NCBI RefSeq assembly: GCF_902713615.1
Contig: NC_052147.1
Location: 202,089,140 to 202,153,139, forward strand
Origin: Scyliorhinus canicula
Lineage: Eukaryota
Direction of reading: 5' to 3'
Length of the DNA: 64,000 nt
Shown: positions 39,701-51,700 of the stretch, in pieces
How the letters are laid out: each line of letters starts with the position of its first letter
Position numbering within the stretch: position 1 is the stretch's first letter
Translations under genes and position numbers: made by a program
Notes under the pieces: generated by a model
Databases searched by the model: none
What the model was told of the DNA's origin: nothing
The model's input: only the letters and a program-made list of their open reading frames with translations

Positions 39701-42700
39701 CTGAAAAAACCTAAATAGATTAGACTTCTGAAGTTGGAATTTCCCCAACAAATCTTCAAAACCGGTGAACTTCCCCTCTATAGACGGGATTTGCCGGGGG
39801 TATGGGCGTGAAGACAGCCCCCGCCAGCTGCTGAATTCTCCGGCGCCAGGGTTTTGGCGGGGATGGGAATCGCGCCGGTCGGCGGCCACTGGCAGCGGCC
39901 CCTCCGGCGATTCTCCGGCCCGTGATGGGCCGAGCGGCCGCCCATTTTAGGCCAGTCCCGCCGCTGTAAATTGGACCTGTTACTTACTGGCAGGACCTGG
40001 CTCTGTGGGCGGCCTCTGGGGGGGGGAGGTGAATCTGGCCCCAGGGGGTGCCCACACGGTGGCCTGGCCCCAGATCGGGGCCCACCAATCCACGGGCCGG
40101 CCTGTGCTGTGGGGGCACTCTATCCCTCCGCACCGGCTGCTGTGGATCTCCGCCATGGCCAGTGCGGCGACGAACCCTCCCTGCGCATGCGCTGGGATGA
40201 CGCCAGCACACACTGGCGCTCCCGCACATGTGCCAGTCGGCGGAGGCCCTACCATGCCAAGCCCATTCCGCGCCAATTGGCGCGGCGCCAACCCCGCCGC
40301 CGCCGGCCTAGCCCCTGAAGGTGCAGAGGATTCTGCACCCTCTGGGCGGCCTGACGCCGGAGTGGTTCACGCCACTCCTCGGCGCTGGGACCGCCTGCCA
40401 GGTAGGGGAGAATCCCGCCCTATATGTCCCCAAACTGCACCAACCCCTCCCTCCCCCAAGACCCGAACAATGAGTCCAAAACCAGTGGAAAGAAAATGCT
40501 GATTTCTGCAGATTGGGGCTAATATTGACATGGCACCCAACCTAAAATATTGTTGAAATGTTTCCATATCCGCAGAGTGGCCACCACCACCGGGCTTAAC
40601 GTAAACTTTGCGGGGGGGAAGCGGAAGTGGGGCCATAACCAAGGCCTCGAACGAATACGCTTACAAGCCTGCCTCTTTGGCCCCTCATATGAAATCAGGA
40701 TCTTTAAGCCACCCCTCTACTTTCTCAATATTTGCCGTCCAATAATAAAGTAACAAATTTGGTAGCGCCGATATCGTCCCCTCTGCAGACACTTCCAATG
40801 AATCTGTGGAGTTTTGCGCACCCAAATAAAGGAGGAAATCAATTTAAAGAATGAAATGAAAATCGCTTATTGTCACAAGTAGGCTTCAATGTCGTTACTG
40901 TGAAAAGCCCCTAGTCGCCACATTACAGTGCCTGTTCGGGGAGGCTGGTACGGGAATTGAACCGTGCTGTTGGCCTGCTTTCAAACCAGCGATTTAGCCC
41001 AGTGAGCTAAACCAGCCCCAAGCTAAACCAGCTTTATTCACCTCCACAAAGAAAGATTTGGGAAGGAAAATTGGGTGACACTGAAACCTAGGAAGGGCAT
41101 TAATTTTTACTGACTGAACCTTGCCTGCCAAGGACAAAGAGAGGTTCTCCCATTTTTTTCAATTTGGATTTAACCCCGTTCAGTAGGCTATAAAATTAAG
41201 TTTATGCAGCGAGGCCGAGTGGTGGGCCACCCGAATTTCCCGATAACGAAAGCTAGCTCTGGCCAAGCGAATAGGCAACATCCCCAAATCGGCACCCCCC
41301 TCCGGGGAGTTCACCAGAAAATATTTGCTTCTGTCCAGATTCAACCTTTTCCCGAAATGGAGCCAAAACCCATAACTAACTTCATTATCTGCACTACGCT
41401 GGAGAGAGGATCCATTATACAACAGCAGATAATCTGCATACAAGGACATTCTATGCTCCCTCCCTCCCTTCTTTATTCCCCTCTACCCCGTTGATGACCT
41501 CAATTCTCTGTCCAGAGGCTCAATTGCCAAGGCAAACAATAGGATCGACAATGGGTAACCCTGCCTCATACCTCTATTTAACAAAGTATTCCGAACGCTG
41601 GGCATTCGTACGAACACTAGCAGTGGGGGCTCTATATAAAAGATGGATCCAAGATATAAATATAGGCCCAAACCCAAACCTTCCAAGGACCTCAAACAGA
41701 TACCCCATTCCACCCTCTAAAATACCTCATCAGCGAACATTGAAATAATCACCTCTGGCTCAGGGACTTGAGAGAAATAATATTAAGCAAGCGCTGTATG
41801 TTGGCTGAAAGCTGGCTGCCCTTAACAAACCCAGTCTGTTCCTCCAAAATAACCCCGTAGGCAGGACTCCAAGCACATTGCTAAAACTTTCAGCAATAGC
41901 TTAGCGTCTGCATTCAATAACGAAATAGGGTGATACGACCTATGTACTGTCATATCCTTATCCTTCTTTAAAATCAAAGAGACTGATGCCTGCGCCAATG
42001 CAATTGGCAATACCTCCTAGGACAAGGAATCATTAAACATATTTAACGTCAGTGGGATCAGCTGACCTGCAAATTTCTTGTAAAATTCTATCGGGAATCC
42101 GTCCGGGCCTGTATCCTTACCCAACTGCATCAACCCAATGCATTTCATGATCTCCTCTGGGCTGAGTGGGGGCTCCAACTCATGTCTTCTCTCTTAGTCT
42201 ACAACTGGGATAGACAAGCCATGCAAAAATTCCATCATGGGCAACATATCATCCAGGGTTTCTGACTTAGAAAGTCTGCGACAAAACGCCTCAAAAACCT
42301 CATTGACCTTCCATGGGGCTGAGACCAACCTGCCACTAAAGTACTTCAGCTGTACTATCTCCCAGGAGGCAGCTTGCCGCCTCAGTTGGTGCACTAAAAG
42401 GCAACTGGCCTTCTCCCCATATTCATAAAATGCCTCCCTCGAGCGTCACAGCAGATGCACTGCCTTGCCCGTTGAGAACACAGCAAAGTCCATCTGTAAT
42501 TTCTTCCTGCTTGCCAATGACTCTGGTGTCGGGGTAAGCAAGTACTGGCAGTCCATCTGAAGGACGGAATCAAGCAACCTCTGTCTATTGATCCTTTAAC
42601 TCTTCTCTTACTGTACCCTATAAGAGATTATCTCCCTCTTAATGACCACTGTCTGAGCCTCCGACAACGTGGAAGGCGAGATAGTCTCACTTCTATTAAA

Positions 42701-45700
42701 ATCAATGTACTCCCCAATGGTGGAGGATACCCCCACACACGGAAGCTGGATATGATGTTGTACGCCAGCAACATCACATCCAGCTTCCATGTGGGGCGCT
42801 GAGCGGGGCCTCACCCCAACACAAAATCCACAAAATGTGGAGCATGATCTAAAATACCTATTGCCAAATATCCAAGTAAGGAGAAACCTATACCCCCCCC
42901 CCCCCCCCCCCCCCCCCCGAATTAGCTGGTGCGAGTCTAGATCGGGAATAGAAGCCAACAAATTGTTGACGAAAGCTGTATCATCCCAGTTCAGTGCATA
43001 TAAATTAACTAGATCCACCAGAGTACCCACTAACAATCACTACCTCCATTTTGAAAGAGCTTCCAAAAAGATATGATCCATGTATGAATAGAAATATGAC
43101 CAAAGATCTGTTTGCTACAAGAGTTGGGCTGTATTCTGTAATTTCAGTTGATCTGATCCTCAAATTCACACTTTTTTGAAGAGCGTGTTTTTGTGTTTTT
43201 GTTTCCTCCTTCACATGTTTCTCATGTACAGGTTATTAGTACTGCATTGGTACTGTCCTGCAGCATTGTTCTTGCGGGCTCATCATTGATGTTACTGAGT
43301 CGGAACAGGCATAATAATGCTTACCAGATACTACAGCGCAACTCTATTTCCAGCAATACTAGTGTGGACCCCAGACTGAAAGAAATCCAACCAACAGCTA
43401 AAAATGTAGCACCTGTTGCAGAATTTGCAACTGGAGAAAGTGAAGGTATTTTTTATTTACTTGATACAGCATGGAATGACAGATGTGGCATTTGTTACCT
43501 CCTTCCTCCTTAAAACATCTATATGGGCGGCACAGTGGTGCAGTGGTTAGTACTGCTCCCTCGCAGCGCCGAGGACCCGGGTTCGATCCAGGCCGTGTTC
43601 ATTGTCCGTGTGGAGTTTGCACATTCTCCCCGTGTCTGCGTGGGAGAAATGCTCTCTCATGACTTGGTGATTGTCAAATAATGGGGTCTAAGTTTCACCC
43701 ATTCGCACATCTTTTTGGTAGAGTTGGAGGTTTTTCACACCCATTTCTGGGAATTCCACTTCAAAGCCACAAGCTCTACAAAAAATATTGTTAACTAGTT
43801 TCTTAAATTATATGAATAAGGGCAGTCATTAACCACAGGAAAGATTTGTTGCATTTTAATCACTTCTCAGTGAGATATCTTGAAAGTTTGTTTGCAATTT
43901 AATCTCCAGCCAGATATGATGGCTAGTTCCAGGGCCTTGTGATTTTACAAGTATGTTTGTAGGAAAGAAAAGGTCACATGCCTCCTCAAATCCATTTTGT
44001 TTCTTGGGCGTGATTCAACGACCCTTTTACGCCTGGTGCAGGGCGCGATTCAACGACCCTTTTACGCCTGGCGCAGGGCAAGATCCAAATCTGAATATTT
44101 AAATTAGCCTAATGACTCAGACCTGGACACAGATTCACCCGGGTCTCACAGGCAGATCCTGGGGCACCTCTCCAGGATGCCGTTTAGTGCTGGTTACAAC
44201 TTGGTCCGTTACAACCAACAACCTGGTTATATAAAAGTCTTTATAAAAGTCTTTCCCTAGGTACGGTGGCACAGTGGTTAGCAGTGCTGCCTCACAGTGC
44301 CAGGAACCCGGGTTCAATTTCAGCCTGGGTGACTGTGCGGAGTTTGCACTTTCTCCCCGTGTCTGCATGGGTTTCCTCCGGATGTTCCGGTTTCCTCCCA
44401 CAGTCCAAAAATGTGCAGGTTAGGTGGATTGGCCATGATCAATTGCCCCTTAGTGTCCAAAGCGAAGCAGGTTAGGTGGGATTATGGAGTTACAGGGATA
44501 AGGCGAGGAAGTGAGCCGAGGTCGGGTGCTCTTTCAGCGGGTCGGTTCTGTGGGATGGTTTGATGAGATCTAGAATGGCCACCGTCAGGCCTTCTCTACA
44601 ATTGGGGCCCCCAATGGCAGAAGCCCACTGAGAGCTATTGGCAAATCAGAGGCCAGCAGTCTTCATACCATGAAAACCAGTGAAAGCGGATATTGATGGC
44701 GGCTGTGCACTCAGCAGAGGCCTAGGATTATCGTGAGACCCCAGATCAAGTTGAGGGAAGGTGGGATGGAGGTGTCCCAGGAGAGGGGGAGGTGTTTCGG
44801 ACGCAATGGCTTGGTTTGGCTTGCAGTGGCCCAGCCCTCTAAAGCTGGATCCCTCGATTGGGCGCAGACTGCCTGACTATGATCGGCCCATACATCACCT
44901 CCAGAAGGCCACTGGCAAATTCCAGCAGGGTTTGCTGGGTGACCTTCCAAGGGTGTCGGAGCACCTTGGAGCCGGTGGCTCCCGAGTCCAGCAAAACAAA
45001 AATCAATGATTAATTTTGTCACTCTGGGTACTTTGCGACCATCTAAGTTTGGAAACAGCAAGCCCACAGTTCTTTTACAAGAGTGCTGATTCTTAATGCA
45101 ATAATTAATTAAGTTGACAGCCAACCGACGTACACCGTAATTGCGGTCCCTTCTTCAGATAAATTTTAAATGAGATTCCAACGCCAGTGACAGTCCTGTC
45201 AGGCAAAGAATCATGACTCCAAGGCCTCTGGATTTGAACGACAGATGCTTCATTGTACAGAGCAATGCGAGTCCTCCCTCCTGTCCTTGAGAAGAAAAAT
45301 CCACTTGTGGCTCGACCGGGCCTACTTCAAGACCCTACCCCAGGAGCACCCAGGGAGGAACAGACCACGGGACTCAGCCCAACCTGCCTCAGGAAGCCCC
45401 TGCCCATGACCCAGGAAACCCGAAATGGCGGAGACCCCGCGCGAAGACCCGAATGTGCTGCAAGGTATTCCCGTGCCCGCAGAACGCCGTGGTCCCCGAC
45501 AGCGTCCTGGACCCCGCCAGATGCAACCACCTACCTTCCACAAGGGCTGACGTCTCCCATCGGATCCCGGCACCATCCATCCGCAGCCGCCGAACGAGGA
45601 AGCGAGGGAAACGCAGCGGTCTGTAGGTTAGACTGAAGCAATGCGGTTTCAAGACCCCTCTCCCCAGCATACTCCTGGCAAATGTCCAAGTGATCGAAAA

Positions 45701-48700
45701 CCAGCTGGATGAACTTAACGCCAGACTTACCTCTCAGAGGGAAGTAAGAGACTGCTGTGTGCTCTGTTTCACAGAGACATGGCTCACCCCCGCCTCACCG
45801 GACTGTGCCATACAACCTGAAGGCTTCTCAATTCACCGGGCGGACCGCACCGCGTCATCAGGCAAAGCGAAGGGTGGAGGGGTTTGCCTCCTCATCAACT
45901 CCTCCTGGTGCTTGGATGTGGCGACCCTGGCGACCTACTGCTCCCCGGACCTGGAATATCTGACCGTGAAGAGCCGCCCATACTATCTTCCACGTGAGTT
46001 CACTTCAGCCATTATCACAGCGGTCTACATCCCACCCCAGGCAGAAGTGAGGAATTCCACCAGCACATCTCCTGTCCCACCAGGGGCGACAACACTCTTG
46101 ACCACTGCTACTCAAAAATCAAGGGCGCCTACCGTTCCATCCCCCGACCACAGTTTGGGAAATCAGACCATAAGACGGTGTCCCTTCTCCCGGCATACAA
46201 GCAGAAACTCAAGCGGGAGAATCCAGCTAAGAAGGTCGTGCAGTGCTGGTCCGAGGAAACAGAAGAGCTCTTACGTAACTGCTTAGAGACAATGGACTGG
46301 TCCATATTTAAGAACTCAGCGACTAACTTAAATGAGTATGCCACCACCGTCACAGACTTCATCAGCAAATGTGTGGATGACTGTGTGCCAAAGAAAGCAA
46401 TACGTACGTTCCCCAACCGGAAACCATGGCTCAGTCGCGAGATGACCCCCTACTGAAGAACAGATCTGAGGCGTTCAAGTCAGACGACCCTGACCTAAAT
46501 AAGAAATCCATGTACGACCTCCTCAAAGCCATCCGAGATGCCAAGAGAGAATATAAACCAGGCTAGAGTCACAGACAGACTCTCGGCGGCTGTGGCAAGG
46601 ACTAAACAACATAACGGGCTACAAACCCCTCCCCGCTGAACTCAATGCATTCTATGCTCGGTTCGAGCAAGTAATCAACAATCCGCTGTCGAATGCCCCA
46701 GGAGCCCATAACTCACCCATACCCACCATCACAGCTTCCAAAGTCAGATCGGCCTCCCTGAAAGTGAACCCTCGGACGGGATCCCTGGTCGTGCACTCGG
46801 AGTCTGCGCGGACCAGCTGGCAGAGGTGTTCGCGGACATCTTTAATCTGTCCCTACTCTACTCCGAGGTCCCCACCTGCTTCAAGAAGACCACCATCGTA
46901 CCGGTGTCAAAGAAGAACCAGGCAACGTGCCTCAATGACAACCGTCCGGTGGCCCTGACTTCAGTCATAATGAAGTGCTTCGAGAGGTTGATCATGAAGC
47001 GCATCACCTCCATACTCCCGGAACGCCTTGATCCACTACAATTCACATACCGTCGCAACTGGTCCCCTGCAGACGCCATTTCTATGGCCCTACACTCATC
47101 CCTAGAGCATCTCGGCAACAAGGACTCCTCCACCAGACTCCTATTTATTAACTACAGCTCCACCTTCAACACCATAATCCTAGCCAAGCTCATATCGAAG
47201 CTCCAAAACCTAGGTCTTGGCTCCCCGCTCTGCAACTGGATCCTTGACTTTCTAACCCACAGACCACAATCAGTAAGAATAAATAACAACACCTCCTCCA
47301 CAATAGTCCTCAATACCGGGGCCCCGCAAGGCTGCGTACTTAGCCCCCTACTCTATTCCCTGTATACACCCGACTGCGTGGCAAAATTTGGTTCCAACTC
47401 CATCTACAAGTTTGCGGACGACACGACCATAGTGGGCCGGATCTCTAAGAACGACGAGTCAGAATACGAGTCAGAGTCAGGGAGATAGAGAACCTGGTGG
47501 AGTGGTGTAGCGACAACAATCTCTCCCTCAATGCCAGCAAAACTAAAGAGCGGGTCATTGACTTCAGGAAGCAAAATACTGTACACACCCCTGTCAGCAT
47601 CAACGGGAGGTGGAGATTATCATAGATTATCATAGAATTTACAGTGCAGAAGGAGGCCATTCGGCCCATCGAGAGTGCACCGGCCCTGGGAATGAGCACC
47701 CCACCCGAGGTCAACACCTCCTCCCCATCCCCATAACCCAGCAATCCCACCCAACACTAAGGGCAATTTTGGACACTAAGGGCAATTTATCATGGCCAAT
47801 CCACCTAACCTGCACATCTTTGGACTGTGGGAGGAAACCGGAGCACCCGGAGGAAACCCACGCACACACAGGGAGGATGTGCAGACTCCGCACAGACAGT
47901 GACCCAAGCCGGAATCGAACCTGGGACCCTGGAGCTGTGAAGCATTTGTGCTATCCACAATGCTACCGTGCTGCCCCTGAGATGGTTAGCAGTTTCAAAT
48001 TCCTAGGGGTGCACATCTCCAAAAATCTGACCTGGTCCACCCACGTCGATGCTACCACCGAGAAAGCACAACAGTGCCTATACGTCCTCAGGAAACTAAG
48101 GAAATTCGGTATGTCCACATTAACTCTTACCAACTTTTACAGATGCACTATAGAAAGCATCCTATCAGGCTGCATCACAGCCTGGTATGGCAACTGCTCG
48201 GCCCAGGGCCGCAAGAAACTTCAGAGAGTCGTGGACACAGCCCAGACCATCACACAAACCTGCCTCCCATCCATTGACTCGATCTACACCTCTCGCTGCC
48301 TGGGGAAAGCGGGCAGCATAATCAAAGACCCCTCCCACCCGGCTTACTCACTCTTCCAACTTCTTCCATCGGGCAGGAGATACAGAAGTCTGAGAACACG
48401 CACAAATAGACTCAAAAACAGCTTCTTCCCTGCTGTTACCAGACTCCTAAATGACCCTCTTATGGACTGACCTCATTAACACTACACCCTGTATGCTTCA
48501 TCCGATGCCAGTGTTATGTAGTTACATTGTGTACCTTGTGTTGCCCTATTATGTATTTTCTTTTATTCCCTTTTCTTCCCAAGTACTTAATGATCTGTTG
48601 AGCTGCTAGCAGAAAAATACTTTTCACTGTACCTCGGACATGTGACAATAAACTAATCTAATCCAATCTAATCCTTCAACCACTGGTATATGGTGACAAC

Positions 48701-51700
48701 AACCCTTTAAGTTGATGTATGTTGTCGGCAGTCAGCCTTTCTCTCTTCTGAGCAGAGATGCCTGTGTAGCTCTTGATCTTCTCAAGCTGGCTGAAGATGT
48801 CAAGAGTACAACGTCGTTTGCTGGCCAGAACATCACAGTCCTGAATCCTTAACTACTAAAGAGTATTCCGACTTTGATTTCACCTGCAAATGTCACTTCT
48901 CCTTTTGCGGAGCAAGTTTGCCCGTCATCATTCCAGATCTCAAAAGCCCTCATGATCAATCTATTGCGTTTTCACTGCACCTCCAGTGGAAGTAATACCA
49001 GAAAAGGTTCAACTGTCTGTGAGGAGCCTCTACCTCCAACTACGATGATAGTACAGCCGGTGGACACACCAACCATCGGCACTCATAGCAAATTCCAGCC
49101 AGTGTGCCAAAACCACAAGGGATGCTGGAATCTGGGAGCATTTACAGGCCATCAAAAACAAACGGTAGAGGTGAGCATGCTACTCAATCATTATCTCGCT
49201 ACAGGAATGCTCTTCCTCAGCCTCGGTGAACTTCCTGGTGACCTCAACGGAAAAAGAAGTAAAAATATCACTAAGCAGACAAATACCATATTCATCCACT
49301 ACGATGATAAGTCAAGACAAACAACAGCTATACAAAGAACAATTCGGCCGCCCAAGCCTGCACTGACTATAGTACCTGCCTAAACTAAAACCGTCTGTAC
49401 TTACGGAGTCCGTATCCTTCCATTCCCATACATTGCCAGAACAACCAGACATGGTTTAGCATCAAGGAATGGAAGAGACAAATTAAACCAGACACAAGTA
49501 CCAGTCAAACCTCCAAGCCAACAACAAGAACAGGAAACAGCAGACCGTACCACGCTCCCAACAAACAGCAAACAAGATGTGGAAGAATTGTAAGGCCCCC
49601 AGACCGTCTGAACCTTTAACTTCAAGTACTTGAAGTGGGGAGATGGGGCAGTGAGAATGTTGTTCATGATGATGCTAATGCTGTAATGGCAAAAATGTTA
49701 GAATAACATCAAGGTTGTAACAATAAGGATATTTGCACAAGACTTTAACAATGTAAGTCTTCGAAGTTAAATAAGGAACAAAAAACTAAACGAGCAATCT
49801 AGGTTGGTCTACTGAAAAGGAGAAAAAATTTAGATAATGATTATTACATTATATAAAGAGACAAACTAATTCATTAACGAGCTAGAGGAATGACTAAACC
49901 TGAGGGCAGAGAATAATAATAATAATCTTTATTGTCATCTTTATTGGGCAGCATGGTAGGACAAGTGGCTAGCACTGTAGCTTTACAGCGCCAGGGTCCC
50001 AGGTTCGATTCCCCGCTGGGACACTGTGCGGAGTCTGCACGTTCTCCCCATGTCTGATTGGGTTTCCTCCGGGTGCTCCGGTTTCCTCCCACAGTCCAAA
50101 GACGTGCCGGTTAGGTGGATTGGCCATGCTAAATTGCCCTTAGTATCCAAAAAGGTGAGGAGGGTTATTGGGTTACGGGGATAGGGTGGAAGTGAGGGCT
50201 TAAGTGGGTCGGTGCAGACTCGATGGGCCGAATGTCCTCCTTCTGCACTGTATGTTCTATGTTAAGTAGACTTACATTAACACTGCAATGAAGTTACTGT
50301 GAAAAACCCCAAGTCACCACATTTCGGCGCCTGTTCGGGTACACAGAGGGAGAATTCAGAATGTCCAAATTACCTAACAGCACATTTTTCAGGAATTGTG
50401 GGAGGAAACAGGAGCACCCAGAGGAAACCCACGCAGACACAGGAAGAGCGTGCAGACTCCACACAGACAGTGACCCAAGCCGGGAATCGAACCTGGGACC
50501 CTGGAGCTGTGAAGCAGCGGTGCTACCCACTGTGCTACTATTTAGCATTCAATTTTACACTAAAAATCTAGCGCCAGGGACCATATAGTTAATTGTAACA
50601 TCATTAAATAAAGATTTAAGTATTTATTTTAAATTCATTAACTTGTGCTTAAATATCACTCAGCAGGGTGCAGTGCTCTAACTGTGAGACGTGGAAGATC
50701 CGTGGAGCTTCTTGCATTCCGGTCGACGGTGTCTGCAGGAAGTGTAACCAATGGCAGCTCCTCGCAGACTGCGTGGTTCAGTTGGAGCAGCAGTTGATAC
50801 ACGTAGGAGCATGCAAGTGGTGGAAAGCGTCATAGATAGGAGTTACAGAGACGTGATCACACCCAAGGTGCAGGCAGACAGATGGGTGACCACTAGAAAG
50901 GGCAGGCAGCGAGTGCAGGAATCCTCTGTGGCTGACCCCTCTCTAGCAAGTATACTGTTTTGTATACTGTTGGGGGGGGATAGCCTATCGGGGTAAACAA
51001 CAGCAGCCAGAAAAGTGGCACCACAACTCTATAGTACGGGGCACAGATAGCCGCTTCTGTGGACATGAAAGTGACTATGGGATGGCATGTTGCCTCCCTG
51101 GTGCCAGGGTCAAGGATGTCTCTAAACAAACACAGGACATCCTGAAGGGGGAGGGTGAAGAGCCAGAGGTCGTAGTACACATAGGTACTAAAGACATCAA
51201 CAAGAAGACCAATGAGGTCCTGCAGAATGAGTTCAGGGAGTTAGGCAGTAAGCTAAGAAGCAGAACCTCCAGGGTAGTAATCTCAGGATTACTCCCTGTG
51301 CCACGTGCCAGTGAGGCTAGAAATAGGGATATAGTGCAGCTAAGTACGTGGCTAAATTGGTGGTGTAGGAGGGATGGTTTCAGATTTCTGGACCACTGGG
51401 ATCTCCTCCGGTCAGGTGGGACCTCTACAAGAAGGACACATTGCATCTAAACTGGAGGGGCACCAATATCCAGGCTGTGAGGTTTGCTCTGGCTGCTGAG
51501 GGGGAAAAAGGGGTACGGAAAGTGTGCAACATCGCCATGGTGCCCTGATAGTTGTGCTGCTGGCTGGGAGGGCTTCTGCCAGGGTTGGGGGGAGTAGCAG
51601 GGATGGCCAGGAGGTGGACTGTGGAGTTGGGGTGGATGGGCACGGACACCGTTGTCACAGCCTGCCAGACCGCCATGCGGCTGCGCATGCAGCTGACTGC

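Larger units (their letters stand above)
38965..43030 (-). mobile_element. L1-clade LINE ORF2, degraded, with nested MITE and SINE
   Basis: [59 protein letters not shown]; endonuclease [11 protein letters not shown]. Confidence 0.87.

Noticed and set aside
47610-48470. 286-aa ORF as a novel chimeric gene
   Set aside because: It is an antisense SINE that happens to read in frame into the Rex1 C-terminus, with no ATG start or splice support.
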